Shown here: positions 13,139 through 25,007 of the stretch, one piece after another
How positions within the stretch are numbered: the stretch's first letter is position 1
Layout: every line of letters begins with the position of its first letter
Source: Octopus vulgaris
Lineage: Eukaryota
Direction of reading: 5' to 3'
NCBI GenBank assembly: GCA_951406725.2
Contig: OX597818.1
Coordinates: 96,038,001 to 96,102,000 of the forward strand
DNA length: 64,000 bases
Notes under the pieces: generated by a model
The model's database searches: none
What the model was told of the DNA's origin: nothing
What the model saw: only the letters and a program-made list of their open reading frames with translations
Made by a program: the position numbers and the translations under genes

Positions 13139-14258
13139 AACACATACATGCATGAGGCCTCAAGGCCTAATGGTTAGAATGTTGCACTCACAATCATAAG
13201 ATTGTTGTTTTAATTCCTAGACTGGGTAGTGTGTTGTGCTGTTGAGCAGTACACTTCATCTCACATTGCTGTGCAATCACTTCAACACCTGACATGTGGC
13301 ACACTGCACCTGTTCAAGCAATATCAATTTGATGGAGGGAGTGAGCTTATGAAGAGCACATACATATGATCACTAGAAACAAATCATTTGTACAGGTGGT
13401 TTGGCAAAAGCTGAACACTCATATGGCATCTTTGACAGGAGAGTCCATCATATATATATAGATACACATACATATATACACATTGCTGTGTAGGCACAGA
13501 TGTGGTGCTCAGGTAGCCAAAGACACATGTGGTGGGGCATTGTCTTGCTGGAACACTACCCCTTTCCTGTTGGCAGTCTCTGGCCTCAATTCTTTGATTT
13601 TTTTTTTGTGCAAATTAGCCAGCTGATGACAGTAGACATTAGAAGTAATGGTCTTGTGGGAGAAGCTGATAATAAATAATGCTTTTATGATCCCAACAAA
13701 GGCATTATGATCATAATGTCTTTATGATCAAGTTGAGAAATTTACTTCCCAACTACTTGATTTAGCTTCAGTCACACTGCATAACATCTTGGACAAATGC
13801 CTTCTATGATATCCTTGAACTGACCAAACCCTGCCGTTCAAGAATTTGGACCTGGAGATCCCCATTTCCAGTGACTTCGAGGGCCACCTCCCAGCAGTGT
13901 AGGCCGCCAACGAAGAGACCTCGACTACAACAAGACGACCAAAGTTTTTTTTTTTTCCGAGGTCTGGAGTCTCTCACCCCTAAGCCCTAGACCATCACCT
14001 AATCACCCTTACCTGTCTTGTTGCTTAACAACAATAATGACCAAACCCTTGTTAGTTGATTTGGTAGATGGAAACTGAAAGAACTTGTTATACACACACA
14101 CACACACATAATGTTGCCACTGTCTTTCAAGCTGCCACTATATTTTCATATATTTGTTTATTTCAGGAGCTTCATTCTTTGTGATTGGTTTACATGCAAT
14201 AATGTATAACCGAGCTGACGAACAAGAGAATTTTGACTTAGAAATGGAAAGTGTATGA
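8211..14258 (+). CDS. RABAC1: PRA1 family protein (prenylated Rab acceptor 1), spliced gene with exons 8211-8423, 11070-11167, 11842-11943, 14167-14258
   Basis: GT-AG splicing from ATG 8218 gives 165 aa: MSVTLSSVAAREWFQKKRETIKPWGEFLN...NIEDFQSNYLFVFIGLIIVC-ILTSPLLLIAL...QQYAGVGVLSFPLFWVAGAGSAVFWVIG-ASFFVIGLHAIMY...LEMESV*. This matches the PRA1 motifs (PW..F, FQSNY, AGAGSAVFW, HA, C-terminal MExV). 8211 follows an acceptor (ttattgcag), so an upstream exon probably exists. Confidence 0.93.
8763..9660 (-). mobile_element. 5'-truncated RTE LINE copy (end of ORF plus 3' UTR) in a PRA1 intron
   Basis: Homologous to 31410-31770 (LYDACMRTAML...WDKV.KHDL) and to the RTE 3' tail (ggcattaggaaaggcatccagcc ... 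aaatgacaatgatgatgatg). Confidence 0.8.
11070..11167 (+). CDS. RABAC1: PRA1 exon
   Basis: cttcag|C acceptor; G|gtatgt donor; LTSPLLLIALAACLGACYII. Confidence 0.9.
11842..11943 (+). CDS. RABAC1: PRA1 exon
   Basis: ttacag|GT acceptor; G|gtgtgt donor; HELSLGQQYAGVGVLSFPLFWVAGAGSAVFWVI. Confidence 0.92.
13150..13450 (+). mobile_element. tRNA-derived SINE in a PRA1 intron
   Basis: Colinear with 3303-3580 over head, body and tail. Confidence 0.7.
14167..14258 (+). CDS. RABAC1: PRA1 last coding exon
   Basis: tttcag|GA acceptor; ASFFVIGLHAIMYNRADEQENFDLEMESV then TGA at 14256-14258; candidate AATAAA at 14846. Confidence 0.92.
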
Positions 14259-14967
14259 GGAGGAAACAATTTCTTGCATGTAACTCACCACCAACAGTTT
14301 TCAGATTACAATGGATTCTCTTTTTTTCTGTTTCTCATTAAAATATTTAACTGTGCAAATAATGGCTAGTACTTAGGTTTACCGATCAAGTGGCTGATAA
14401 TGTTTAGGTTAATGGGATTCTGTGAAAAATTATAACAAAGCATTTCTTTGTAAGCATTCAATATATTTGTTTTGGAATGAGAATTAAACATTATTTTTAT
14501 ATATTTCTTGGGCTGTGACAATTTTTTACTTTGTCAGTATTGCAGAGTTTTAACTAAATATCATTATTTTCTCCATTAACTGCTTCTACTTAATGCCTGG
14601 TAATGGTATGGGTAATGCCTAGCTAAATAATATTTGCACATTTTGGTTATTATTGCCCACCTGGTTCATCAAATATTTGAAATGTATAAAAATTCAATTG
14701 TGCATAATACTTGATATCCCATATATTTAATCATATATAAAACCACTTATTTTATGGAAGTCATTTCTTTTTAATGTGGTTTACAATTAATATAAACGAT
14801 CTGATTTTTGAAAGAAGACTCAGTAAAACTATATAAACAAAGCAAAATAAAATTAATTGTATTTAATTTTCAATTCTCCTTTTGTTTCTAATTTTATACC
14901 CACTTTCATCATAAATAACATAACCAACACCTTCAGACAAGGGACACTCCAGCACAGTTGTCTTATA

Positions 14968-15186
14968 TCTCTTATTATAAAAGGCAGATTTTATCTGCCT
15001 CCCTTTGTCTCTTATAGAAATCTACAATATAGGATTTCTTCAATTACAATTTACCTAGCATTTTTAAGAGTAGAATGCATCGGGTCGTGCCAGGTACAGT
15101 TTTTCAAATTTCACCCCCAATTAAGCAAAATTTCGAGAAAACTCACTTTGTGGTGTGTAAGTGAAGTGCTTTTCTTAGTGTGGGCT

Positions 15187-15225
<39 letters not shown>

Positions 15226-16543
15226 AGCGATCTGCTTCACTCACGCTATCACCCTAATTTCTCCTCCTTTCTCTTTGCAAGTGTGCAACGATTAAAGTGA
15301 AAGTATTTATATAAAACGGATGAACTGCTTCACTCATACTTTCTCTTTGCAAGTGTACCTTAAACCACTACTCAAAAAAAAAAACACAGCAAACAGAAAC
15401 AAATAAATACATAACGATTTACTCCTCACACAATTTCTTCAATTAGAGTTTACCTATGATTTTTCAAAGTACTTCCATTCGGTCATGGCATACAAAATTT
15501 CTTTCAATTTCACCCCCATTTCAGAAAAAAATTCGAGAAAACTAAATATTTTACCATTTCACTTCAAAGCCTTTACTCTGCATATTACTCCCACTTCCTC
15601 TTTACACACATACACACGCAAATATATAAATAAAATTGTAAGCTAACGTGTGTGTGTGTGTGAGGGTGCGTACTGGTTTTCAGTTCATATTAATCAAATT
15701 AATATTCACAACAAGAAAGACTATTCATTATAATACATCAGTTCCACACATTTACCCTGGTTCCATTTCGGACAACTGCACAAACATTTGCTATTTCACA
15801 CATGTATGTAAACAAATTCATTTCTTAAAAATTTCAATTCATTTTCTTTTTCAATTCATACAAAGTTTTTTAGGACGAATATAAGATCTAAAGTATATCC
15901 AAGTAGCAGAAAGATCGCCCAAAAGTGTATATAGATATTTAAGTGTATTTATATATTCATCTATACACAGATGTATGTATAATGTGTGTGTATATATTTC
16001 CATAGAGGTAACCATTCACTCTATACAAAGTTATTTAGGATGAATATAAGATCTAAAGTATATCCAAGTAGCAGAAAGATCGCCCAAAAGTGTATATAGA
16101 TATTTAAATGTATTTATATATTCATCTATACACAGATGTATGTATAATGTGTGTGTATATATTTCCATAGATGAAACCAGTCACTCCGCACAAAGTTTTT
16201 TAGGACGAAAATAAGATCTAAAGTTATCTCTAAGTAGCAGAAACATCGCCCAAAAGTGTATATAGATATATAAATGTATTTATATATTCATCTATGCACA
16301 CATGTATGTATAACGTGTGTGTATATATTTCCATAGAGGTAACCATTCACTCCATACAAAGTTTTTTAGGACGAAAATAAGATCTAAAGTTATCTCTAAG
16401 AAACAGAAAGATCGCCCAAAAGTGTATATAGATATTTAAATGTATTTATATATTCATCTATACACACATGTATGTATAATGTGCGTGTATATATTTCCAT
16501 AGAGGTAACCATTCAATCCATACAAAGTTTTTTAGGACGAAAA
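14968..16543 (+). mobile_element. Helitron-like 5' portion with internal tandem repeats
   Basis: Starts A|TCTCTTATTATAAAAG, contains (CA)n and the 165/166-bp array, and abuts a second Helitron 5' end at 16544. Confidence 0.55.
15858..16543. repeat. Tandem repeat, 165-166 bp x about 4.1 copies
   Basis: Unit starts (atacaaagtt) at 15858, 16023, 16188, 16354 and 16520. Confidence 0.95.
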
Positions 16544-17389
16544 TCTTTATATATAAAAGAAAGGTTGTGTGTCTGTCTACTCCGATTTAGATTCCTAACT
16601 ACTCCCACATTTTGCGATGCAGTTTAACCAAAACCGGGTATCTTATAGTCGTGATTCATATCGAGCCCTTCTGGGTATTAGCGCGCGTCTACGATGAGTC
16701 TATGATTTTACAAATAATTTACCATCATTTTTTCCATTTTAATGCATATTTTTTTTAATAAAGGGAAGTAACTCTCAAACTTCACACCAATATGCGTGCT
16801 CATATGCGACGTAATATCACATCAGCAGCATTTCCTCACACCCTTCTTGCACTTGGCGAAGGCAAAATACCAGGGGATGAAAATGGTAATATTGCCATCG
16901 ATTCCATTTGTACCATTGTTAAGACGCCTTCTGATCTCAGAGATGCAGTGTTCCCAGATCTACAAGCTAATTATCAGAATATGGATTGGATTGGCAAAAA
17001 GGCTATACTGGCCCCGACGAATAAAACTGTTCACCATATTAATGATGAAATGCTAAAACTCATTCCTGGGGAAGTCTATGTATATCAGTCTATCGATACA
17101 ACTCCTGACCCAGAGGACGTCATCAACTATCCAATAGAGGTACTCAATTCCTTTGAGCACCCCGGACTACCACCACACTTTCTCAAACTTAAAGTTGGTG
17201 TCCCTATAATGCTCATCAGAAATTTGGTTCCCCCAAAACAATGCAATGGCACACGTTTGATCGTTAAGTCCTTATCTCCCACAGTAAACTTATATCAATA
17301 TTTGCCTGAATAATCATCATAATTCAGTGCAATCATTAACAGTACTTTCAAGCAATTCAGCCCCGAGCAACGCCGGGCAATTCTGTTAG
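16544..17389 (+). mobile_element. Non-autonomous Helitron with a PIF1 helicase fragment (ORF 16792-17313)
   Basis: 5' A|TCTTTATATATAAAA; 3' hairpin CCCG-AGCAACGC-CGGG then TTAG|T; ORF has AILAPTN, YPIEVLNS..PGLPPHFLKLKVGVPIMLIRNL and CNGTRL. Confidence 0.9.
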
Positions 17390-17467
17390 TAATATCATAA
17401 ACTTTAAACAAAACTTGATTGGAGAAGGGGGGATCCTTCTCCAAATCATTGTCACCATCATCATTTA

Positions 17468-18706
17468 TGAGGGTAGCCTGGAAAGTTCATAGGCTGATGA
17501 TGGAGTGATGCAAGAGCTATGAAATCTTCCATGTCTTAATTTCAACACTTCTTATTAATAACTGCATTGTTTTTTCCAGGTAAACTGACATCTGACAGTT
17601 CAAAGAAAACTTCAAAAGTAACTAGTAGCGACTTCTCTTAAAAATGAACAAAATTTGGCATCATGGTGTTATCAAGTACCTGCAGAAAAAGGCTTTAGCC
17701 CTCAAGGACGTTTATGTTGATATGGCTGCTACATTAAGGGATGATGCTCCAGATTTATCAACTGTGTAAAAGTGGGTTGCTGAATTTAGGAGAAGGGAGA
17801 ATTTTGAAGACGATCCAGCATCTGGATGACCTGCAACTACCTTCACCAAGGAAAATATTGATCATGTTCACCATATGCTGATGAATGATGAGTGATTGAC
17901 AATAAATCAAATAACCAATGCTGTTAGCATATCCCATGTGAGAAAGTTGAGCATATTCTGCACAATAAACTTGGCATGATGAAGGTTTCTGTTTGGTGGG
18001 TGCCATGTCTTTTGACACCTGATCAAAGGTACACGAGGCTGATCACATCATGGGAAAATTTGACATTGTTTCAGGTGGATCCAGCTGATTTTTCTTAACA
18101 TTTCCTAACCCAGGATGAATGTTGGGTTCATCACTTTGCGCAAGAGACAAACAATCCATGCAGCAGAAATACCCATCATCACTTACTCCAAAGAAGGTTG
18201 AGGCCATTTCATCTGCAGGGAAGGTGATGGCCTTAGTTTTTGGGGATGCAAAAGGTATTGTTTATTGACTATCTTCAAAAAGGGCCACACCATCAATGGA
18301 GAATAATATGCCAACTTGCTGAGGCAGTTACGAAAGTCTATGAAGACAAAATGCCCAGGAAAACGGTGAAAGGGGTCTTGTTTCATCAGGATAGTGCTCC
18401 ATCACACAAGTCCTGGGTTTCGATGGCTACTGTGCATGACTGAGACTATTTTGGTTTAACCCCATCTTTGTTCCCCAACATGAAAAAACACTTGGCTGGG
18501 AACCAGTATTGCAGTGATGATGTCATATCTGCTGTTGATGACCTTTTTTACCAACAGGATGAAAGCTTCACTAGTTGGATCCAAGCACTGCAACATTGGA
18601 AGAAGTGTGTGGATTGCAAGGGGAACTGTGTTGAAAAATAAACTTCATTTGGACACATTCCATGAGAGTATCTTGGTCAGCATATGACCTTTTCAGCTAA
18701 CCCTTG
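17468..18706 (+). mobile_element. Mariner transposon, decayed
   Basis: TA-flanked imperfect TIRs of about 30 bp (tgagggtagcctggaaagttcataggctga / tcagcatatgaccttttcagctaacccttg). Transposase pseudogene from ATG 17643 with GVIKYL, WVP, TQDECWVHH and VLFHQDSAPSH. Confidence 0.92.
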
Positions 18707-19096
18707 TAACGTCTGTTTTCCATGCTGGCATGGGTTGGACAGTTTAACAAGAGCTGGCAAGCTGGAGAGCTGCACCAAGCTCCAGTTGTCTGCTTTGGCG
18801 TGGTTTCTACAGCTGAATGCCTTTCTAATACCAACCACTTTCCAGAGTGTATTGGGTGCATTGATGTGGTATTGATATAGGTGCCCTTTACATGACACCA
18901 GTGTGTGGTTAAGAAGCTCACTTGCAATCACACGCCTTCAGGTTCAGTCTCATTGTACAATACCCTGAGCAGGTATTGTGTACTATAGACATAGCTGACC
19001 AATGCCTTGTGAGTGAATTTGGTTGACAGAAACTGTGTGGAAGCCCCTCACACTCATACACATGTATATATATATATATATATATACACACACATA

Positions 19097-19506
19097 CAGG
19101 TTGCCATCAACTTACGACCACAATTGGTTCCGACTGACTAGTCGTAAGTCGATTTGGTTGTAAGTCAGTTTATAGGCCTATACATAGCTTTGTTTTATAT
19201 TTTTACATTCTTAAGGTACATTCTCAGGTAAAAGTCACATACAGCATTGTATAAACAAATACAAGACTTCCTTGATTTCTCCGCCACAGGATAGTCATCC
19301 AACACTTCGGATAACCAGTGACGATCGATAACCAAACCTAGGGGAAGTGTTTGTTAGCTGACATCATCTGTTGACAGGTTAATTTCTAAGAAATTAAAGC
19401 CATTAGATTTCAACTGGACTATATATTATTGCTGCCGGGAGCTGGCACGTCAGTTGTAAAGTTGATTGGTCATAAGTTGGATAGGTCTTAAGTCAACGAT
19501 AACCTG
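19097..19506. mobile_element. pogo/Tigger-like MITE
   Basis: TA|caggttgccatcaacttacgacc and ggtcttaagtcaacgataacctg form imperfect 23-bp TIRs; no ORF. Confidence 0.7.
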
Positions 19507-19794
19507 TGTGTACGTATGTATGTGTACATATATATATCTGTGTGCATGTGTGTCTTTGTGTCTCTCTTCACTGTTTGGTATTGGTGTTGGTTTCCTTACA
19601 CTCTCAAAACTTAGCGATTCTGCAAAAGCAACCAGTAGAACGAGTAACTAGACTTGAAGGGAAAAAAGACAATATGACCAAAGCATAAGTGCTGGGGTCA
19701 GTTTGTTCGATTAAAACCATTCAAGTCAAGGCGGTACCCCAGCCTGGGCTGCAATCTGATGACTGAAACAATTAAAAGATAAGTAATGCATTCA

Positions 19795-21775
19795 ATTTTA
19801 GGAAAATTTTCAAAAATTTTTTAGGAAAATTTTTTAGGAAAATTTCCGAAAATGTTTGCAGAAAATTTTCAAGATTTTTTTGGGGAAAATTTTTCAAAAA
19901 TTTTTGAGGAAAATTTTCACCCAAAAGTTTTGAAAATTTTCCCGAAAAATTTGGAAAATTTTCTCAAAAATTTTTTCAAAATTTTCAAAATTTTCCCCCA
20001 AAATTTTTGAAAATTTTCCTCAAATGTCTGAAAATTTTCCCTAAAAATTTTTGAAAAAGTTTTTGAAAATTTTCGGCATTTTCCAACAATTTTCGGCAAT
20101 CTGCGGTACTTTCCGTCAATCTCCGGCAATGTTTGGCAATTTTCGGCATTCTCTGGCAATCTTTTTTTGAAAAATGTTTTCCGAAAGTTTTTGAAAAGTT
20201 TTCCCAAAAATTTTTGAAAACTTGCCTCAAAAATCTTTTGAAAATTTTCCTCAAAAATCTTTGAAAATTTTTCCCCAAAATTTGCCCAAAAAATTTTGAA
20301 ATTTTCCTAATAATTTTTTGAAAATTTTCCTCAAATTTTTCAAAAAATTCTCAATGTTTTTTGTGGAAAAATTTTTTGAAAATTTCCCCCAATTCTCCGG
20401 CAATTTCCGGTAATGTTCGGCAATCTCCGGCAATCCTTTTTTGAAAAATGTTTACAAAAGTTTTTGAAAATTTTTTCCAAAAATTTTCGGCAATCTCCGA
20501 CAAATTCAGGCAATTTACGGTAATGTTTTTTTGAAAAATTTTCCTAAAAATATTTCAAAATTTTCCCCCAAAATTTTTGAAAATTTTTCCCCAAAATAAT
20601 TGAAAATTTTCCTCAAAAATTTTTGAAAATTCTCCCTGAAAATTATTGAAAAGTTTTCCAAAAATTTTTGAAAACTTCCCTCAAAAATGTTTTGAAAATT
20701 TTCATCAAAAACTTAAAAAAATTTTCCCTAAAAATGTTCGAAAAATTTTTTGATAATTTTCCCCAAAAATTTTTGAAAAATTTTTTGAAAATTTTCTACA
20801 AAAACTTTTGAAAATTTTCCTTAAAAATTTTTGAAAATTGTCGTCAAAGATTTTTTTTAATTTTTCACAAAAATTTTTGAAAATTTCCCTAAAAAATTTT
20901 CCAAAAAATTTTCGAAATATGTTTTGAAAATTTTCTTTAAAACTTTTCGAAAACCCCAAAAGTTTTTGAAAATTCTCCCTAAAATTTATTGAAAATTTTT
21001 CCGAAAAATATTTGAAAAATTTCCCGAGAAATTTTTGAAATATTTCAGGCAATCTCCGGCTATTATCAGCAATCTCCTGCAATTTTCGGTAATTTCCGGC
21101 AATCTCAGGCAATTTCCTATAATTTCCGGCAATGTCCGGCAATTTACGTTAATCTTTCTTTGAAAAATTTATTGAAAATTTTTCCTAAAACTATTTGAAA
21201 ATTTTCCCTAAAAATTTTTGAAAATTATCGGCACTTTCCGGCAATCTCCGGCAATGTTCGGCATTCTCCAGCAATCTTATTTTGAAAAATGTTTTCAAAA
21301 TGTTTCCAAAAAGTTTTCAAAATTTTTCACAAAATTTTTCAAACTTTTCCCAAAAAATTTTTGAAAATTTTCTCTGAATATTTTTGAAAATCTTTCCCAA
21401 AAATTTTTGAAAATTGTCCCCCAAAAATTTTGAAAATTTTTCCAAAACTTTTTGAAAATTTCCCCCCAAAATTTTTGAAAATCATTCCTGAAAATTTTTG
21501 AAAATTTTCCCTTATTATTTTTGACAATTTTTTCTAAAAAGTTTTGAAAATTTTCCCAAAACTTTTGAAAAAGTTTGCCCCAAAATTCTTGAAAATTTTC
21601 CCCAAAAAATTTTGAAAATGCTTCCAAAAATTTTTGAAAATTCTGCCCAAAAATTTTTGAAGATTTTTCCTAAAAATTTTTGAAAATTTTCTCAAAAAAT
21701 TTTTGAAAATTTTACCCAAAAATTTTTGAAAATTTTCCCAAAAATTTTTGAAAATTTTCTCCCAAAATTTTGGTC
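19795..21775. repeat. Complex satellite: about 21-bp AAAAATTTTTGAAAATTTTCC(C) units with blocks of 10-bp GGCAATCTCC units
   Basis: Directly visible; produces the K/F/N-rich spurious ORFs at 19917-21719. Confidence 0.95.
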
Positions 21776-22737
21776 AAAGTCTTATGAGTGTATCTGGGAG
21801 ATTTTCCCCACTCAATTCACACTAACTTTGCCACTACTTATTAACTACCTTACCCATACCCATTTCCTCAACTTCCTCTCTAATAGATATCCACTATTGA
21901 CCTTGTTTTCTCCTGTGTTCACCACTCACTGCATCTCCCTCTCCATCTACCACTTGCCTCTCGCTCTCTCATGAACTTACCCACCCCCACCACTTCTCTT
22001 CATCTTGAGGATATGCCTTCACACTTTCACTTCCATCTTGCTTTTCCACCTGCGGTAACTATGTATCTCCTCTATACCATGACACCTATTTCTCTCCCCA
22101 CTATCATTATTGTCCTTTTATCACCTACCTCAGTACTACTTCTCTGCCCTCTCACTTGCAGGATCTTGTCTTGCTAGTTACTTGGTAATCTCACTAATGT
22201 TTGTACCATGTAAAAATAAAAACACCGAGTACACATTGTAAAGCAGTTGACATTAAGAAGGTTATGCTGCAATTGGGAATAAGACTAGAGAAATTCTAAT
22301 TGAATCATAAGACTACGATTTAGATACATATAGCATAGATGACAACTGGGGGTTTCTAGTGGAGATGAGGTGTCAGGATGAGCCATGACACTTCATCACT
22401 CCTATTTTATCTTCATCCAACTACACCTTGGCCATTACCACCCTCTCTCCTATAGTGAAAGTAGCTGTGTAACTCCTCTACAGCAAGAAACTTGTTCTCT
22501 ACTGGTCCCTTCTCATAAGTTAACTCAGAGGTTCTCAATGTGAGTAGTGCTGCTCCCAAGGGGGCACTAGGCATGTTGATGGGGGCATTAGGCTTTAGGG
22601 GGAAGTCAGGTGTAATGTAATGTACTAAACTTTACCTACAGTAATTATTATATTATACATGTATTTTTCAGAATTACCCTTTTATTTAAGTTTAGTATCA
22701 AAACCTTGAAACTATCCTTTATATAATATATATTTCT

Positions 22738-23038
22738 TTATTTATGAGCCCTTTTCAAGCCTAGCCAGGCACATGGGCCCGGTTTCTGTGACATATGTGT
22801 TCTCCCCCAGCTGGACAGGATGCCAGTCCATTGCAGTGTTACCCAAGAAACAGGAAGAAAGAGTGAGAGAAAGTTGGGGCGAAAGAGTATAACAGGGGTT
22901 GCCACCACCCACTGCCGGAGCCTCGTGGAGCTTTAGGTGTTTTCGCTCAATAAACGCACCAACGCCCGGTCTGGAAATCAAAACTGCGATCCTCCAACCG
23001 CAAGTCCGCTGCCCTAACCACTGGGTCATTGTGCCTCC
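22738..23038 (-). mobile_element. tRNA-derived SINE (octopus OR-type, by recall)
   Basis: Minus-strand head ggaggcacaatgacccagtggttagggcagcggac with degenerate A/B boxes; 3' part shared with 43394-43629. Confidence 0.75.
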
Positions 23039-23164
23039 ATATAATATGTATATATATATATATATATGGTTTATATAAAATATGATCAGGAATATATTTT
23101 ACAAAAGAAAAACAAGGAGAAAGAAAAGGCAATAACAAAGTAGCCCCAAGTGCTTCAGTTGGTC

Positions 23165-24095
23165 TCACACCACAAGGTTCAACGGAACCTACTGAAGCAA
23201 GCCAACATGCTCATGGGTGAGGCTAAGACGTTGGAAAAGTCAAGCACCCACATGAGCATCACCTGCTGCTTTGGTGAAGTGAGCTACCACAAATGACAAG
23301 AATTTTGTGGTTAGTGACCCAGTCCCTTCAAACGTCTCAAATGCCACAGACTGGAAGATATAGTTCATTATCAGATCCTGAGACTTCAAGGTTTTGATCT
23401 GTTTGACTACGGAAGTAGTGACCCTCCCATTTACTCTACCATTCAGAATGTGAGTATGTGAGGAGGAGCAAAAGAGTCACAAATTATGACATCCCAGGTG
23501 AAGCACCTACCTCTTTACCCAGGGACAGAAGTTAAGACCATCTGGTCTCTTTCCATCACTTCTGGATAATCTTGCTAGCTTCAGAACTGAGAAGGATATT
23601 AATCCAAGCCAGGTCCCACTTAATGATCAAGTTTAGCTTAGTGTGATGAGCAAAATGACTAGCATTTAGGCGGCAAGACAGACCATGAAGACCTGAGGAG
23701 TTGAGCCCACCACTGCGACATCTCAGTCCCCTACAGACGTCAGCTCCCACTCTGAGTGTGATGGAAACCTCCAATGTTGGCCATAGACAGGGCATCAGTC
23801 CAGTCCCCCAAGTATTTTGCACAAGCAGAAAGTAGGCAACATCTTGAAAATTCATCAGGTTGATCAAAGAAAGAGTTGAAAGTGGTACCTGAATGCAGAT
23901 TGTCCCATACTCTCTGCTTAAGTCTATACTCAACTGTAACAGGAACTGACAAACCCAGCTCTCCCCACTGTAACAGAGCTTCATCCATCTCCCTGTTGGA
24001 ACTTTCCATGTCGGAGAGGAGAGGATGATCCCTACTAAAGTGGAGCGAGCGTGGATGGAGGGAAGAAAACAGGGAAGCGATATGGACAAAAAATA
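23165..24095 (-). mobile_element. Decayed RLE-type (CRE-like) non-LTR retrotransposon C-terminus
   Basis: Minus strand reads LGDWTDAL, LRVGADVC...GLHGLSC...HHTKLNLII, DGKRPDG and, after a frameshift, PW...WDVIICDSFAP: a CCHC finger plus PD-(D/E)xK endonuclease signature. Confidence 0.72.
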
Positions 24096-24283
24096 TCATA
24101 CATGATAAAACTGGTAATGGTTATTAAAATAAAATGAGATCTCATCAGGCACAGGGAAGTCTTTAACTTGCAATCTATAAAGTAAATTTACAACTTTTGT
24201 CTCTTAATCTTTTATCGTTTCCCAATTAAAAGCTTATACAATCCATTTTTAGAATAAAATTTATAAACTAACATCAACGTTAA

Positions 24284-24420
24284 CACTTAAAGCGCAACAG
24301 GTCACGATCGTGGCCGTCATGCACAAGTTGACAGGCCACGATCGTGGCCTAGATAAATGCGTTTAAATTATGGGGGCTTGTTGGGGTCTAATGTCACTCA
24401 AACGCTCTGATACCCACAAG
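24284..24420 (+). mobile_element. Possible piggyBac-like left end with subterminal palindromes
   Basis: TTAA|CAC start at 24280-24286; palindromes ggtcacgatcgtggcc (24300-24315) and aggccacgatcgtggcct (24333-24350); no right end seen. Confidence 0.4.
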
Positions 24421-25007
24421 AATGCAAGAGAACTAATAGTTCAACTAATGACTTTTAAGATGATGTAAAACTTGCCACCATTATATACTAAGAAGATATT
24501 TTAACTATTTTTTGCTTTTTAAGTGTGCATGGCAGCCCATGCAATGTACATGCAAACCTCAGCGCTTCATGGGTTTTAGTTGTGATATCTCTCACTCGTT
24601 ACTTAGGTGGATACAAGGCATAACAACTACTTAAAAATGGGGCGCAACACAAACACACACGAAAGAAAACCCTTGCTTTAACCTAATATATTTCATAAAG
24701 CTATCCCCGCAGTCAAATGTCGTCTTAGTCTTTCCCGACGAAGTCATTAGTGCTGGCACTAAGGAGAAAGCACCCAGACGCGCTGTAAAATGGTTGGCAT
24801 TAGGAAGGGCTTCAGAGATGCGATCTTTGAACCAGTTCAGATCGTGTCGAACTGTCCAACCCATACCAGCTATGAGGAAGGATGTCACATGATGATGGTA
24901 ATGATTTGTCGAATAAGCTGTTAAAGGTGAAATTAGCATTATTAATAAATTTCACTCTTCAATATGTACTGAATCCCATCGCCAGTAAAAGTCTGTTTCC
25001 AGTAAGT

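Noticed and set aside
13490-13720. Second mariner-like fragment (minus-strand VVFQQDNAP)
   Set aside because: Too short and decayed to set boundaries; no TIRs seen
15858-16543. 165-bp array as CRISPR or a coding repeat
   Set aside because: No spacers and no ORF; it is a tandem repeat inside a Helitron
16792-17313. Host PIF1 helicase gene
   Set aside because: Internal fragment bounded by Helitron termini; lacks the Walker A motif and splice context
19917-21719. K/F/N-rich ORFs
   Set aside because: Multi-frame translations of the AnTn satellite
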